Positions 1 through 9,101 of a stretch of DNA of 64,000 bases are shown piece by piece; the first letter of the stretch is position 1, and every line of letters starts with the position of its first letter. Both the position numbers and the translations under genes were made by a program. Origin of the DNA: Spirochaetae bacterium HGW-Spirochaetae-3 (GTDB taxonomy: Bacteria > Spirochaetota > Spirochaetia > Treponematales > UBA12059). The stretch spans positions 155,269-219,268 of the forward strand of contig PGXV01000005.1 of assembly GCA_002839315.1 (NCBI GenBank), written 5' to 3'. Under the pieces are notes generated by a model. It worked only from the letters and a program-made list of their open reading frames with translations, had not been told where the DNA came from and ran no database searches.

Positions 1-2067
1 GCGCGCGTGCTCGAGGAGGGCCTAGACCATGACAACCCCCTGCTCGAGCGCTTGCGCTTCCTCGCCATCGTGTCGAGCAACTTCGACGAGTTCTTCATGG
101 TACGCGTCGCGGCCCTCAAGGCCCGCCTGCGCGCCGGCGACGCGACGCCCGACTACTCGGGGCTCGGGCCGGAGGATCTTCTCGTCGCCATAGCGAGGCG
201 CGTAAGGGAGATAACCGGCAAGCAGTACGCGTGCCTGGCCCACGAGCTGTTCCCGGCCCTCCTCGCCGAGGGGCTCGCGGTCATGCGCCCCGCCGACTAC
301 GAGCCGGAGGCACGGCGCTGGCTCGAGGAGTACTTTACCGGCCAGGTCGCGCCCGCGCTGACGCCGCTGGCCCTCCCGCCCGTCGTCGAGGGCGGCCCGC
401 CGCCCGAGTTCCCCACTACCGGCAACCTCCGAATACACGCCGCCTTCCTGTTGCGGGCAACAGACGGAGGCGAGGAGCGGCTGGCCATAATCCAGGTGCC
501 GTCGAACCTGGGTCGCTTCGTACGCCTGCCTATGGGCGACGGCGTACGGTTCGCGCTGCTAGACGACCTCGTCATGGATTTCGGCCACCGGCTCTTCCCC
601 GGATACGCGGTCAAGGAACGGACCCTGTTCAAGGTTACGAGGGACGCCGATATAGGCGTCGACGAGGACCGCGACGACGACTTCGTCGCCGCGATGGAGG
701 AAGTCCTCGTCAACCGGCAGAATTCGTGGCCCGTCAGGCTGTCCATATCGGCGGACTCCGAGGCGCTCGAATCGATGATCAAGGCCGCGATGGGCCTGGG
801 CGACGACGACGTCTTCACGCTTTCCGGCCCCATCGACCTCAAGGGCTTCATGGAGCTGGCCGACCTCAAGGGTTTCGAGCGGCTCCGCTTCAAGACCCGT
901 AGCCCCCGCTCGCCGCTGGCGCTGTCCGAGGATAATACGATATGGGACGAGATGCGCAAGCGCGACATCGTGCTGCACCTGCCGTACGAGTCGTTCCAGC
1001 CGGTCGTCGACCTCGTCGAGGCCGCGGCCGCCGATCCCGCCGTCCTGGCCATCAAGGCCACGCTGTACCGCACTTCGGGTAACTCGCCGATAGTCAAGGC
1101 GCTGACCAGGGCCGCGCGGTCCGGCAAGCAGGTAACGGCCGTCGTCGAGCTGAAGGCGCGCTTCGACGAGGAGCGCAATATCGCTTGGGCGTCGCGGCTA
1201 GAGCAGGCCGGGGCGATAGTCGTCTTCGGAGCGGCCAGGCTCAAGGTGCACGCCAAGGCGATACTCGTCGTCAGGCGCGAGGAGGACGGGCTCGTCCGGC
1301 GGTACGTCCATCTATCCACGGGGAACTACAACGACAAGACCGCCAAGCTCTACGGCGACCTTTCGCTGTTCTCCTCGAATCAGACCATCTGCGCCGAGAC
1401 GGGCTTGTTCTTCAATATGATCACCGGACTGTCGGCGCTGACCGAACTGCGCCACCTGTCGATGGCGCCCTTCGACCTCAAGCACCGAATCGTCTCGATG
1501 ATAGAGCGAGAGGCGGAGCGGTCGAGTCCCGAGTCGCCGGGGCTGATAGCGGCCAAGATGAACTCGCTATGCGACAAGGACATCATCGACGCGTTGTATA
1601 GGGCCTCCAAGGCGGGGGTCAAGGTGATGCTCAACGTACGCGGCATATGCCAGCTCGTCCCCGGCGTAAAGAGCCTGTCGGAGAACATCCGGGTCGTCTC
1701 GGTGATAGGACGCTATCTCGAGCACGCCAGGATATGCTATTTCCGCAATGGCGGCACCGAGGAACTCTACATGTCCAGCGCCGACTGGATGCCGCGCAAC
1801 CTGGAGAAGCGTATAGAGCTGCTGTTCCCCGTGTTCGGCGAAGAGGCCCGGGACCGGGTCTACGACGCGTTGATGTCGTACTTCCTCGATAACGCCAAGG
1901 CTCGTGAGCTCGGGCCTTCCGGCCACTGGCACCGGGTCAAGCCGGCCGAGGGAGAGAAACGTTTCTCCGCCCAGGAGTACTTCTACGAGGACGCCGTGAA
2001 GCGGCTCGAGCGCGCGGACATAGCTACCGAGGACAAGGTGCTCCAGGTACGCCGGAGCCCCCCGTAG
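1..2067 (+). CDS. ppk: polyphosphate kinase 1 (5-prime end cut by window edge)
   Basis: Frame is open from nt 1. Translation (..DNPLLERLRFLAIVSSNFDEFFMVRVAALK.., ~690 aa) reads as the PPK1 family. The usual ~40 N-terminal residues are missing. Confidence 0.9.
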   Translation, partial: ARVLEEGLDHDNPLLERLRFLAIVSSNFDEFFMVRVAALKARLRAGDATPDYSGLGPEDLLVAIARRVREITGKQYACLAHELFPALLAEGLAVMRPADYEPEARRWLEEYFTGQVAPALTPLALPPVVEGGPPPEFPTTGNLRIHAAFLLRATDGGEERLAIIQVPSNLGRFVRLPMGDGVRFALLDDLVMDFGHRLFPGYAVKERTLFKVTRDADIGVDEDRDDDFVAAMEEVLVNRQNSWPVRLSISADSEALESMIKAAMGLGDDDVFTLSGPIDLKGFMELADLKGFERLRFKTRSPRSPLALSEDNTIWDEMRKRDIVLHLPYESFQPVVDLVEAAAADPAVLAIKATLYRTSGNSPIVKALTRAARSGKQVTAVVELKARFDEERNIAWASRLEQAGAIVVFGAARLKVHAKAILVVRREEDGLVRRYVHLSTGNYNDKTAKLYGDLSLFSSNQTICAETGLFFNMITGLSALTELRHLSMAPFDLKHRIVSMIEREAERSSPESPGLIAAKMNSLCDKDIIDALYRASKAGVKVMLNVRGICQLVPGVKSLSENIRVVSVIGRYLEHARICYFRNGGTEELYMSSADWMPRNLEKRIELLFPVFGEEARDRVYDALMSYFLDNAKARELGPSGHWHRVKPAEGEKRFSAQEYFYEDAVKRLERADIATEDKVLQVRRSPP

Positions 2068-2086
2068 GGGAGAGCCCTATGAAGGT

Positions 2087-3640
2087 TCAGGCCGGCGACC
2101 TGCCGTATAGTACGGTCATCGCCCGCAGTTCCTCGGCGAGGCGTCCGCCGGGCGCTTGATCCAGGCGCCAGGACCAGTTGCCTCCGATCGTGCTCGGCGT
2201 GTTCATACGGGCCTCGTTCCCGAGACCCATCGCGTCCTGCATCGGGAATACGGTCAATCCGGCAGCGCTTTTCATCGCTTCCCGTACGAGCGCCCGTACC
2301 GTATCCGCGGGCGCGTACCCCAGGTAGGCGCGTATGAAGGCCCGTTCCTCCGCGCTGGCGCCGGAAAGCCATCCGGCGAGGGTCTCGTTGTCGTGGGTGC
2401 CGGTATACGCGACGCATTCGGGCACGTAGTTATGGGGCAGGAACGGGTTTTCCGGATCCAGGCCTCGGCCCGATTCTTCGGCGTCGAAACCGAATTGCAG
2501 TACGCGCATGCCGGGCAGGCCGAATCGCGTCCGTAATTCTACGACGTCGTCGGTGATGAGGCCGAGATCCTCGGCGACGATGGGTAGCGCGTGCCCGGAT
2601 CGATCTACGACGGCCGATAACAAGGCCGCCCCGGGAGCGGGTTCCCACTCGCCGCGCCTGGCGGTCGCCTCCGCGGCCGGAACCGCCCAGCACGCGACGA
2701 GGCCCCGGAAGTGGTCGATGCGGACCATGTCGTACATCGATAGCGCGGCCTCTATCCTGTCCGTCCACCACGAGAAGCCCGTCGCCTCGTGCCTGTCCCA
2801 CGCGTACAGCGGATTGCCCCATAGCTGGCCGTCCGCGGAGAAGTAATCCGGAGGGACGCCCGCGACCTCGGTCGGCCGTCCTCCGGCGTCCAGCCGGAAC
2901 AGCTCCGGGTTGGCCCACGCGTCGGCCGAGTCCATCGCGACGAAGATGGGCAGGTCACCCATGATACCGACGCCTCTCCTCTCGGCGTATGCCCGGAGCT
3001 CGTCCCATTGCGTCCTGAAGAGGTATTGCTCCGCCTCGACAAGCGCTATCGCCGACGCGTCCGAACGGCGACGCTCGCGCATCGCCTTCGCTTCCCGCCT
3101 GGCGAGCCAGGCGGGCCACCAGGCGTTCCATGACGAATCCGCTACGCCCGCCGCCCCGGCCTTCTCGTCGTACTCCCGCTTGATACAGATGAAAAGCGCG
3201 TAGTCGTCGAGCCACGAGGCGTTGCGCTCCCGGAAGGCGGCCAGTTCGCGGGTTCTATCGCCCGAGGAGACGAGGCGTTCCGCCGCCTTGCGGACGAGCG
3301 CCCGTTTCATCGGGATGACCGAGGCGTAGTCCACCGGGCCGTCGACGGGCGCGCGGGAAGCGTCGAGCTCGGCGCCGGTCAGGAGCCCGTCCCGGAGCAG
3401 TAGCTCGGGAGATACGAGCAGCTCGTTGCCCGCGAAGCTGGAAAGCGGGGCGTACGGGGAGTCGCCGTAACCGGTCGGGCCCAGGGGTAGCACCTGCCAG
3501 ACGCGTTGTCCCGCGCTCTGGAGCCAGTCGATGAAGCGAACGGCGGAGGGTCCGATGTCGCCTATTCCGAAGGACCCGGGCAACGATGTGGGGTGCAATA
3601 GTATTCCGCTCGACCTGGCAAGGCCCATTTGTTTCTCCAT
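2087..3640 (-). CDS. malQ: 4-alpha-glucanotransferase (amylomaltase, GH77)
   Basis: 517-aa ORF. N-terminus SSGILLHPTSLPGSFGIGDIGP and overall length are typical of MalQ. Convergent with ppk. The start could also be the Met 4 codons downstream. Confidence 0.9.
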   Translation of the reverse strand: MEKQMGLARSSGILLHPTSLPGSFGIGDIGPSAVRFIDWLQSAGQRVWQVLPLGPTGYGDSPYAPLSSFAGNELLVSPELLLRDGLLTGAELDASRAPVDGPVDYASVIPMKRALVRKAAERLVSSGDRTRELAAFRERNASWLDDYALFICIKREYDEKAGAAGVADSSWNAWWPAWLARREAKAMRERRRSDASAIALVEAEQYLFRTQWDELRAYAERRGVGIMGDLPIFVAMDSADAWANPELFRLDAGGRPTEVAGVPPDYFSADGQLWGNPLYAWDRHEATGFSWWTDRIEAALSMYDMVRIDHFRGLVACWAVPAAEATARRGEWEPAPGAALLSAVVDRSGHALPIVAEDLGLITDDVVELRTRFGLPGMRVLQFGFDAEESGRGLDPENPFLPHNYVPECVAYTGTHDNETLAGWLSGASAEERAFIRAYLGYAPADTVRALVREAMKSAAGLTVFPMQDAMGLGNEARMNTPSTIGGNWSWRLDQAPGGRLAEELRAMTVLYGRSPA

Positions 3641-3804
3641 GCATATGTATAGGGGCGTACTATCGCGATGTCAAATGGCGCGGAATGCGGAATCGCGGCA
3701 TTGAGCTTGCGTGGCGCCCGGATGAGTGCTACCATCAACACCCCGAACCGTTGCTTTCCGCTACGGTTCATCATAGTATTAGTTGTTATGTTAAGGAGGT
3801 TTCC

Positions 3805-5361
3805 ATGAAACGATTCGGCTTGATACTGGCCGCCGTAGCCGCGATTTTCGCGGTTGCATGTGTAAGCCAGCCCGCCGCGCCCGCCGGCGGCGAGGTAACG
3901 ATCGCCGTGCTTCACGTAAATGATACGCACGGTCATCCGATAGCCTATAATAACGGTTCGAACATCGCCGTCGGCGGACTACCCGCGATGGCCATGCTCG
4001 TAGGCCAGACGCGCGCCGAGTACGACAACGTGCTCGTACTGGACGCCGGCGACTATAACACCGGCCTGTCCGAGTCCAACTTCTTCAAGGCCGAGCCGGA
4101 CATCGTCGGGCGGAACATGATCGGTTTCGACGCGGTCGCCTTGGGCAACCACGAATTCGACAACGAGCTGTCCGTGCTCAAGACGCAGATGGACCTCGCC
4201 GAGTTCCCGATGCTCGCCGCCAACGTCAAGACCAAGGACGGCGCCTATGTCGCCGACGCTCCGTACATCGTCAAGACGTTCCAGGGCGTCAAGGTCGGTA
4301 TCTTCGGCCTGATCACCAAGGAGACCGAGACCGTAGGCAACCCCGCCATCGTCAAGGACCTGGTGTTCGAGGACGAGATCGAGACCGCCAAGGAGATGGT
4401 CAAGGTTCTCCGCGAGAAGGAGAAGGTCCAGGTCGTCATCGCCCTCGTGCACCTCGGCATGGACGACGTCTACTCTCCCGGCTCCAAGGGCCTCGCCGCC
4501 GCCGTATCCGGCATCGACCTGATCGTCGACGGGCACAGCCATACGTACATAACGGAGCCCGTCGTCGTCAACGGTACCCCGATAGTTCAGGCCAACCAGT
4601 GGGGCATGTACGTCGGCAAGGGCGTGCTCACCGTCAAGGACGGCAAGGTAGCCGGCTTTACGTGGGAGCCCGTTTCGATCAACCATAACAAGAAAGGCGA
4701 ACCCGTAGGCCCGCAGTTCGAGCAGCATCCGCTCATCCAGCCCGTGCTCTCCGATTACGCCGACAGGGTCGAGGGCCTGCTCAAGGAGAAGATCGGCGTA
4801 GCCGCCGACACCTTCCCGAACGCGATGACCCGCAAGGCCGAGACGGCCATCGGCGACCTCGTCACCGACGCCATGAAGTACGTCACCGCCGCCCAGGGCG
4901 TCGATTTCGCGATGAACAACGGCGGCGGCATCCGCGCCGACCTTCCCGCCGGGGACATCACCAAGAAGTCGGTCTTCACGGTGCTGCCCTTCGATAATTC
5001 CGTCACCGTCATCAAGCTCAAGGGCGTCGACGTGCAGGCCATGTTCGACTACATCGCCACGACGATCGGCAAGGGCGCCTTCGCCCAGATGTCCGACGGC
5101 GTCAGCTATACGATCAACGTCGCGGCAGGCAAGTGCGAGAACGTGCTTATAGGCGGAAAGCCGATCGATCCGGCCAAGGTCTATACCATCGCCACCAACT
5201 CCTATCTCGCCGACGGCGGAGACGGTTACGCGATGTTCAAGAACCAGCTTAATCGCTACGAGACGAGCATGTTCCAGCGCGACGCGCTGATACAGTACGT
5301 GCAGAAGCTCGGTAAGGCCGTCGTTCCCGAGGTCAAGGGACGCATCAAGATCGTAGAGTAA
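3805..5361 (+). CDS. lipoprotein bifunctional metallophosphatase / 5-nucleotidase
   Basis: ATG 3805 is preceded by AAGGAGG (3793-3799). MKRFGLILAAVAAIFAVAC is a lipoprotein signal with a lipobox Cys. Metallophosphatase motifs VLHVNDTHGH, DAGD and GNHEFD are present, with a C-terminal 5-nucleotidase domain. The ORF-track start at 3586 is an upstream read-in. Confidence 0.85.
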   Translation: MKRFGLILAAVAAIFAVACVSQPAAPAGGEVTIAVLHVNDTHGHPIAYNNGSNIAVGGLPAMAMLVGQTRAEYDNVLVLDAGDYNTGLSESNFFKAEPDIVGRNMIGFDAVALGNHEFDNELSVLKTQMDLAEFPMLAANVKTKDGAYVADAPYIVKTFQGVKVGIFGLITKETETVGNPAIVKDLVFEDEIETAKEMVKVLREKEKVQVVIALVHLGMDDVYSPGSKGLAAAVSGIDLIVDGHSHTYITEPVVVNGTPIVQANQWGMYVGKGVLTVKDGKVAGFTWEPVSINHNKKGEPVGPQFEQHPLIQPVLSDYADRVEGLLKEKIGVAADTFPNAMTRKAETAIGDLVTDAMKYVTAAQGVDFAMNNGGGIRADLPAGDITKKSVFTVLPFDNSVTVIKLKGVDVQAMFDYIATTIGKGAFAQMSDGVSYTINVAAGKCENVLIGGKPIDPAKVYTIATNSYLADGGDGYAMFKNQLNRYETSMFQRDALIQYVQKLGKAVVPEVKGRIKIVE

Positions 5362-5399
5362 CGAGCAATCGTACGCGCCGCGGCTGACGGGCCGCGGCA

Positions 5400-5436
5400 A
5401 GCGCCGCCCGATCGTAACGGGCGGCGCTTTTTTTTG
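5400..5436 (+). terminator. rho-independent terminator after the 5-nucleotidase gene
   Basis: 11-bp perfect stem AGCGCCGCCCG / CGGGCGGCGCT followed by a run of 8 T. A second GC palindrome (GCCGCGGC...GCCGCGGC) lies just upstream at 5375-5398. Confidence 0.85.
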
Positions 5437-5471
5437 CTCCGGAGGATTTACGCGGCGTCGGGTAAGGCGGC

Positions 5472-6248
5472 TCAGCGCGCGACGGCGGCGGCGAGCAGGA
5501 GGACGAGCAGTTCGCCGAGCTCTACGGCCGCGCCGAGAGCGTCTCCGGAGTAGCCGCCCATGCGCTCGGAGTACCAGTGGGCGACGAAGGCCGCGACGGT
5601 TATCGCCGCCAGTCCCCCGACCAGCATCGCGGCGACGGCGCCGACGGGGCCGTAGGCGGCGCCGAACAGGATAGCCGCCGGGACGGCCGCTATCGCGTAC
5701 CCTATCGTGGACGAGACGGGCGACGGCCGGCCGAGCGTAGCGGCCAGGCCGCCCTCGGCGTACGGTTCCGCGATCGCCGTTACCAGGATCGAGCCGAGCC
5801 TGCCCGAGGCCGGCGCAAGCGCCAGGGCTCCCCAGGCCGCGGGCCCGCCGCGAACGAGTAGCGCGGATACGGCGCCGAGCCTGCAGGAAAGCGTCAGGAA
5901 ACCGGCGAATAAGGCGAACGAGCCTATCCGCGGATCCTTGAGCACCGCGCGTCGCCTCTCGGCGTCCCCGAATACGCCGGCCGCGTCGGCCGTGTCCAGC
6001 AGGCCGTCCAGGTGGAACAGGTTGAACGGGACGTATTGCGCGGCGATCGCGCAGGCGGCCGCGAGCATGCCGGGGCCGAAGGCGAGGGTGCCCAGCCATG
6101 CGCCCGCGCAGGCGAACGCAGCGGCGCCCGTACCTACGACAGGCATCCAGAAGCCGACGGCGCTATAATCGGGTTCCGAACGGAGCGGGGCAGGAATCCG
6201 CGATACGAGCGACAGCGTACTCAGGAAACCGTGCAAAGGCGCGTTCAT
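5472..6248 (-). CDS. cobS: adenosylcobinamide-GDP ribazoletransferase (cobalamin synthase)
   Basis: From MNAPLHGFLSTLSLVSRIPAP.. the 258-aa polytopic protein (..FNLFHLDGLLDTADA..) reads as CobS/CobV. Its ATG overlaps the upstream stop (ATGA at 6245-6248). The 382-aa ORF-track extension is an Arg-rich read-in. Confidence 0.85.
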   Translation of the reverse strand: MNAPLHGFLSTLSLVSRIPAPLRSEPDYSAVGFWMPVVGTGAAAFACAGAWLGTLAFGPGMLAAACAIAAQYVPFNLFHLDGLLDTADAAGVFGDAERRRAVLKDPRIGSFALFAGFLTLSCRLGAVSALLVRGGPAAWGALALAPASGRLGSILVTAIAEPYAEGGLAATLGRPSPVSSTIGYAIAAVPAAILFGAAYGPVGAVAAMLVGGLAAITVAAFVAHWYSERMGGYSGDALGAAVELGELLVLLLAAAVAR

Positions 6249-6946
6249 ATGGCCCCCCAGGCGTCCCTGAGGATCGCCGCCGCGGCATCCAGCTCCGCCC
6301 ATGCGAATAGTTCCATCTCGATGACGCCGCTGAACGAGCGGGCGAAAGGGGAGAGGTCCGAAAGCCAGCGCTCGCCGGCGGCGAACGGGATGTGGTCGCG
6401 CTCGCCGTCGTAGCCGTGCACGTGAAGCTCGGAGATGCGTCCCGCCCGCTCCGCTACCCAAGCCGACGGCTCGACGCCTTCCACGCGCAGGTGGCCGATG
6501 TCGGCGCATAGGCGCGGAGGGCCGTACTCCGAGTCGGCGAGCGCGCGGTTGGCCGTATCGAATCGAGTCAGGACGGTATTCTCGAGGAAGAAGCGGTCCG
6601 GCCCGTATCGCCCGCGCCATTCGTCCATAAGGTAGACGAAATCGGAGAGTCGGTCGTCGACGCGGGGCGGGTGTATAACGAACGACGAGGCGTAGCCGGC
6701 CGTCGCCTCGAGGATTTCCTCGTGCGACGCCTCTACGGCGTCGGGCATGTGCACGGTAAAGCCGAAGCGAGGGCTATACGACTCGATATCGCGGCGCTCC
6801 GCCTTCAACAGGGCCCGGGCGTCGTCGTCGTAGATGAAGAATAGCAGCTCGACGTCGCGCTGGGCGGTACGCTCGTCGAGGAAGCGGAGGTTCTCGACGT
6901 AGGTACCCGGTAGTACGTACGAGGGTACCGACAGGCGGGCGCTCAT
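6245..6946 (-). CDS. xylose-isomerase-like TIM-barrel protein; candidate cobamide-remodelling phosphodiesterase (CbiR-like)
   Basis: 233-aa ORF wedged between cobU and cobS with 4-nt ATGA overlaps on both sides. Pattern of His/Glu-containing strands (FTVHMP, FVIHPP, LHVHGYDG, IEMELF) fits AP-endonuclease-2/xylose-isomerase-like barrels. The CbiR assignment is by context only. Confidence 0.55.
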   Translation of the reverse strand: MSARLSVPSYVLPGTYVENLRFLDERTAQRDVELLFFIYDDDARALLKAERRDIESYSPRFGFTVHMPDAVEASHEEILEATAGYASSFVIHPPRVDDRLSDFVYLMDEWRGRYGPDRFFLENTVLTRFDTANRALADSEYGPPRLCADIGHLRVEGVEPSAWVAERAGRISELHVHGYDGERDHIPFAAGERWLSDLSPFARSFSGVIEMELFAWAELDAAAAILRDAWGAI

Positions 6947-7425
6947 TTGACCCTGAGCGGGATGCCCGCGACCATCAGCTCCACGCGGTCGACGGCCGCC
7001 GCGAGCCGGGCGTTGGCCAGTCCCAGGGCGATGCCGTAGCGACGGCTAAGGGGGTCGGCCGGGATGACGCCCATGCCTATCTCGTTGGTGACGATAACGA
7101 CGTCGTCGGGTAATCGAGCTATGAAGCGGCCGAGTATCGCGTCCCATTCGCCTTCGCGATCGGAGAAGAACAGGTTGTTGAGCCACATCGGGATGCAATC
7201 GACTATCATGCGGCTACGGACTTCAACGTCTATAGCAACGGGTTCCTCGATGGTCGAGAAGGAAGACGCTCGCTCCGCCCTGTGTCGCTCTATCCGATCG
7301 CGCATCTCGTCGTCGAACGGCGTCGCCGTCGCGAGGAACCATCTATCGGGAGAGAACGGAAGAGCCAATTCAAGCGCGCGCCGCGATTTACCGGACTTTA
7401 CCCCGCCCGTCACCAATGTTGTCAT
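6943..7425 (-). CDS. cobU: bifunctional adenosylcobinamide kinase / cobinamide-phosphate guanylyltransferase
   Basis: 160 aa. N-terminal P-loop MTTLVTGGVKSGKS and length are typical of CobU/CobP. First gene of the coupled cobU-X-cobS unit. Confidence 0.9.
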   Translation of the reverse strand: MTTLVTGGVKSGKSRRALELALPFSPDRWFLATATPFDDEMRDRIERHRAERASSFSTIEEPVAIDVEVRSRMIVDCIPMWLNNLFFSDREGEWDAILGRFIARLPDDVVIVTNEIGMGVIPADPLSRRYGIALGLANARLAAAVDRVELMVAGIPLRVK

Positions 7426-7499
7426 GCATCGACAGTATACGCAGCGCCACGGCTCGTCAAGCGAATCGGCATTCTCATGCGGTCCGTGGCGGAGATGCT

Positions 7500-8171
7500 T
7501 TACTTTTTCTTCGCGGCCCTGGGCTTGGCGGCTTTTGGCTCTTCGCCCGGCTTCCGCGCGAGGGCGCAGAGGGCGTTGAAGGTCTTCTTCCCGTCCTTGC
7601 GCGGGTCGTAGCCGTCTACATCCTCAAGCCAGGAGTACATGATCTGGAACAGCGCGCCCACGGACACCGTCGCGAAGGGATCCAGTTCGAATCCCGCGAC
7701 GAGCTGGCCGGCGGACTTGGCTTCCTTGAGGCAGTCTACGATAGCCGCCCGCAAGGCCGCGTTGAGCTCGGCGACTTTCGTCTTGAGCTTGGGCGATTGG
7801 CGGAACACAGGGTCCGGCTTCGCGATGATATACGCGAATTCCGGATGGTCCCGCAGTATCGAGAATACTTTCTCGACTCCCGACTCCAGCCGATCGAGTC
7901 CCTTGCCCTCGCCGTCCTTGAAACCGGCTACGAAACGGCCGTAGAACAACTCCGTGACCGTATATAGCGACTGGAAAACGCCGTCGACGCCGTCGAAGTG
8001 CCTAAATATGGCGGGTTCGGTAACGCCGGCGTTACCGGCGATATTCTTCAGGGTCGCCGAGCGCGGACCTTGTTCGCGCATGACCACGGCGGCCGACCTA
8101 AGGAGAGCCGATTTGGCCTTGGAATACGGCCAATCGTCTCCGAAAACAGTCTCTTCTCTACTCATGTCCAT
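7500..8171 (-). CDS. TetR/AcrR family transcriptional regulator
   Basis: HTH segment ATLKNIAGNAGVTEPAIFRHF near the N-terminus, 223 aa, GGAGG RBS upstream of ATG 8171. Lys/Ala-rich C-terminal tail. Confidence 0.85.
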   Translation of the reverse strand: MDMSREETVFGDDWPYSKAKSALLRSAAVVMREQGPRSATLKNIAGNAGVTEPAIFRHFDGVDGVFQSLYTVTELFYGRFVAGFKDGEGKGLDRLESGVEKVFSILRDHPEFAYIIAKPDPVFRQSPKLKTKVAELNAALRAAIVDCLKEAKSAGQLVAGFELDPFATVSVGALFQIMYSWLEDVDGYDPRKDGKKTFNALCALARKPGEEPKAAKPRAAKKK

Positions 8172-8340
8172 ATGCTACCTCCGTTGCGTAATAAAGAAAA
8201 GTATAATTGATATTAATTTTGAACTTTGAATAGCTATTTATGGTTATCATATTATATAGTTTATATAGAATGTTGAATTTTAATTATAGGAAAAATTTAA
8301 TATGATTTCAACGAATCAAGCGAAAAAACGGGAAAACTTT
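8172..8340. promoter_or_regulatory. strongly AT-rich intergenic region upstream of the TetR gene
   Basis: About 170 nt of almost pure A/T (..gtataattgatattaattttgaac..tatatagtttatataga..) inside a GC-rich chromosome. It contains several TATAAT/TTGAA-like hexamers and short dyads. The exact promoter is not resolvable by eye. Confidence 0.4.
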
Positions 8341-8373
8341 AAAAAATAACCCCGGAGCGTTATCGCTCCGGGG
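8341..8373 (-). terminator. rho-independent terminator of the liv operon
   Basis: Stem CCCCGGAGCG / CGCTCCGGGG (loop TTAT). On the minus strand it is followed by TTATTTTTT, 17 nt after the livF stop. Confidence 0.8.
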
Positions 8374-8390
8374 TCTCGGGGGCGCGACGC

Positions 8391-9101
8391 CTAGATGCCC
8401 TCTCCTAGATACGCCCGTTGTACGCGATCGTCGGCGAGCAGTTCCTTGCCGGGGCCCGATAGCGTGATGCGGCCCGTTTCCAGTACGTAGCCGTAATCGG
8501 CTATCTCGAGCGCCGCCTTGGCGTTCTGCTCTACGAGGAGTATCGTCGTGCCCTCGGCGTTTATCGTTCGTATGATGTCGAAGATCATTTTGACGATGAG
8601 CGGAGCTAGCCCCAGCGACGGCTCGTCCATCATCAGGAGCTTGGGCCTGGACATGAGCGCCCTGGCCACCGCGAGCATCTGCTGCTCGCCGCCCGACAGC
8701 GTCCCGGCCTTCTGCTTCTGCCTCTCCTCCAGCCGCGGGAACAGCTTGTAGGCTTTTCTCTTGTCGGCCTCGACCCCGTCCTTGTCGTTGCGCGCGAACG
8801 CGCCGAGCGCGAGATTCTCCTCCGTCGTAAGGTTCGGGAATATCCTGCGGCCCTCGGGCGCCAGTACTACGCCCTTGCGTACGATATCCTTGGTTCCTAA
8901 CGGACCGATAGGAACTCCGTCGAGGGTGATGGTCCCCGAGCTCGGCTTTACGAGGCCTACGATCGAATTGAGCGTCGTGCTCTTGCCGGCGCCGTTGGCC
9001 CCGATCAGCGTGACGATCTTGCCTTCGGGAACCTCGAACGACACGCCCTGGAGGGCGTGGATGCCGCCGTAGTGCACCGACAGATCTTCTATGCGCAGCA
9101 T
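8391..9101 (-). CDS. livF: branched-chain amino acid ABC transporter ATP-binding protein
   Basis: From MLRIEDLSVHYGG..; Walker A GANGAGKST, signature LSGGEQQ, Walker B LLMMDEP. The start shares 1 nt with the livG stop (TGATG). Confidence 0.9.
   Translation of the reverse strand: MLRIEDLSVHYGGIHALQGVSFEVPEGKIVTLIGANGAGKSTTLNSIVGLVKPSSGTITLDGVPIGPLGTKDIVRKGVVLAPEGRRIFPNLTTEENLALGAFARNDKDGVEADKRKAYKLFPRLEERQKQKAGTLSGGEQQMLAVARALMSRPKLLMMDEPSLGLAPLIVKMIFDIIRTINAEGTTILLVEQNAKAALEIADYGYVLETGRITLSGPGKELLADDRVQRAYLGEGI

Noticed and set aside
3979-6099. 706-aa ORF on the minus strand, plus other long antisense or alternative-frame ORFs in the host flanks (297-1319, 50539-51702, 52094-53098, 54483-55892, 56441-57307, 60637-61326 and similar).
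   Set aside because: Their translations are Arg/Gly/Pro/Ala-rich low-complexity strings. They lie antisense to, or out of frame with, genes carrying clear family motifs and lack SDs. Long stop-free shadow frames are expected in GC-rich DNA.
5472-6620. N-terminal extensions offered by the ORF track for cobS (to 6620), the 5-nucleotidase (from 3586), livF (to 9209), livG (to 10384), the lipase (to 49135), the kinase (from 52022), the second oxidoreductase (from 50665) and the third GGDEF gene (to 63358).
   Set aside because: The extensions overlap the neighbouring gene in another frame, are low-complexity, and remove good SD/start contexts or stop-start overlaps. Family-typical N-termini begin at the internal starts I chose.
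7426-7499. Looked for a cobalamin riboswitch upstream of the cobU-X-cobS unit.
   Set aside because: The intergenic gap is only 74 nt and I could not find a B12-box-like sequence. It is too short for the aptamer.
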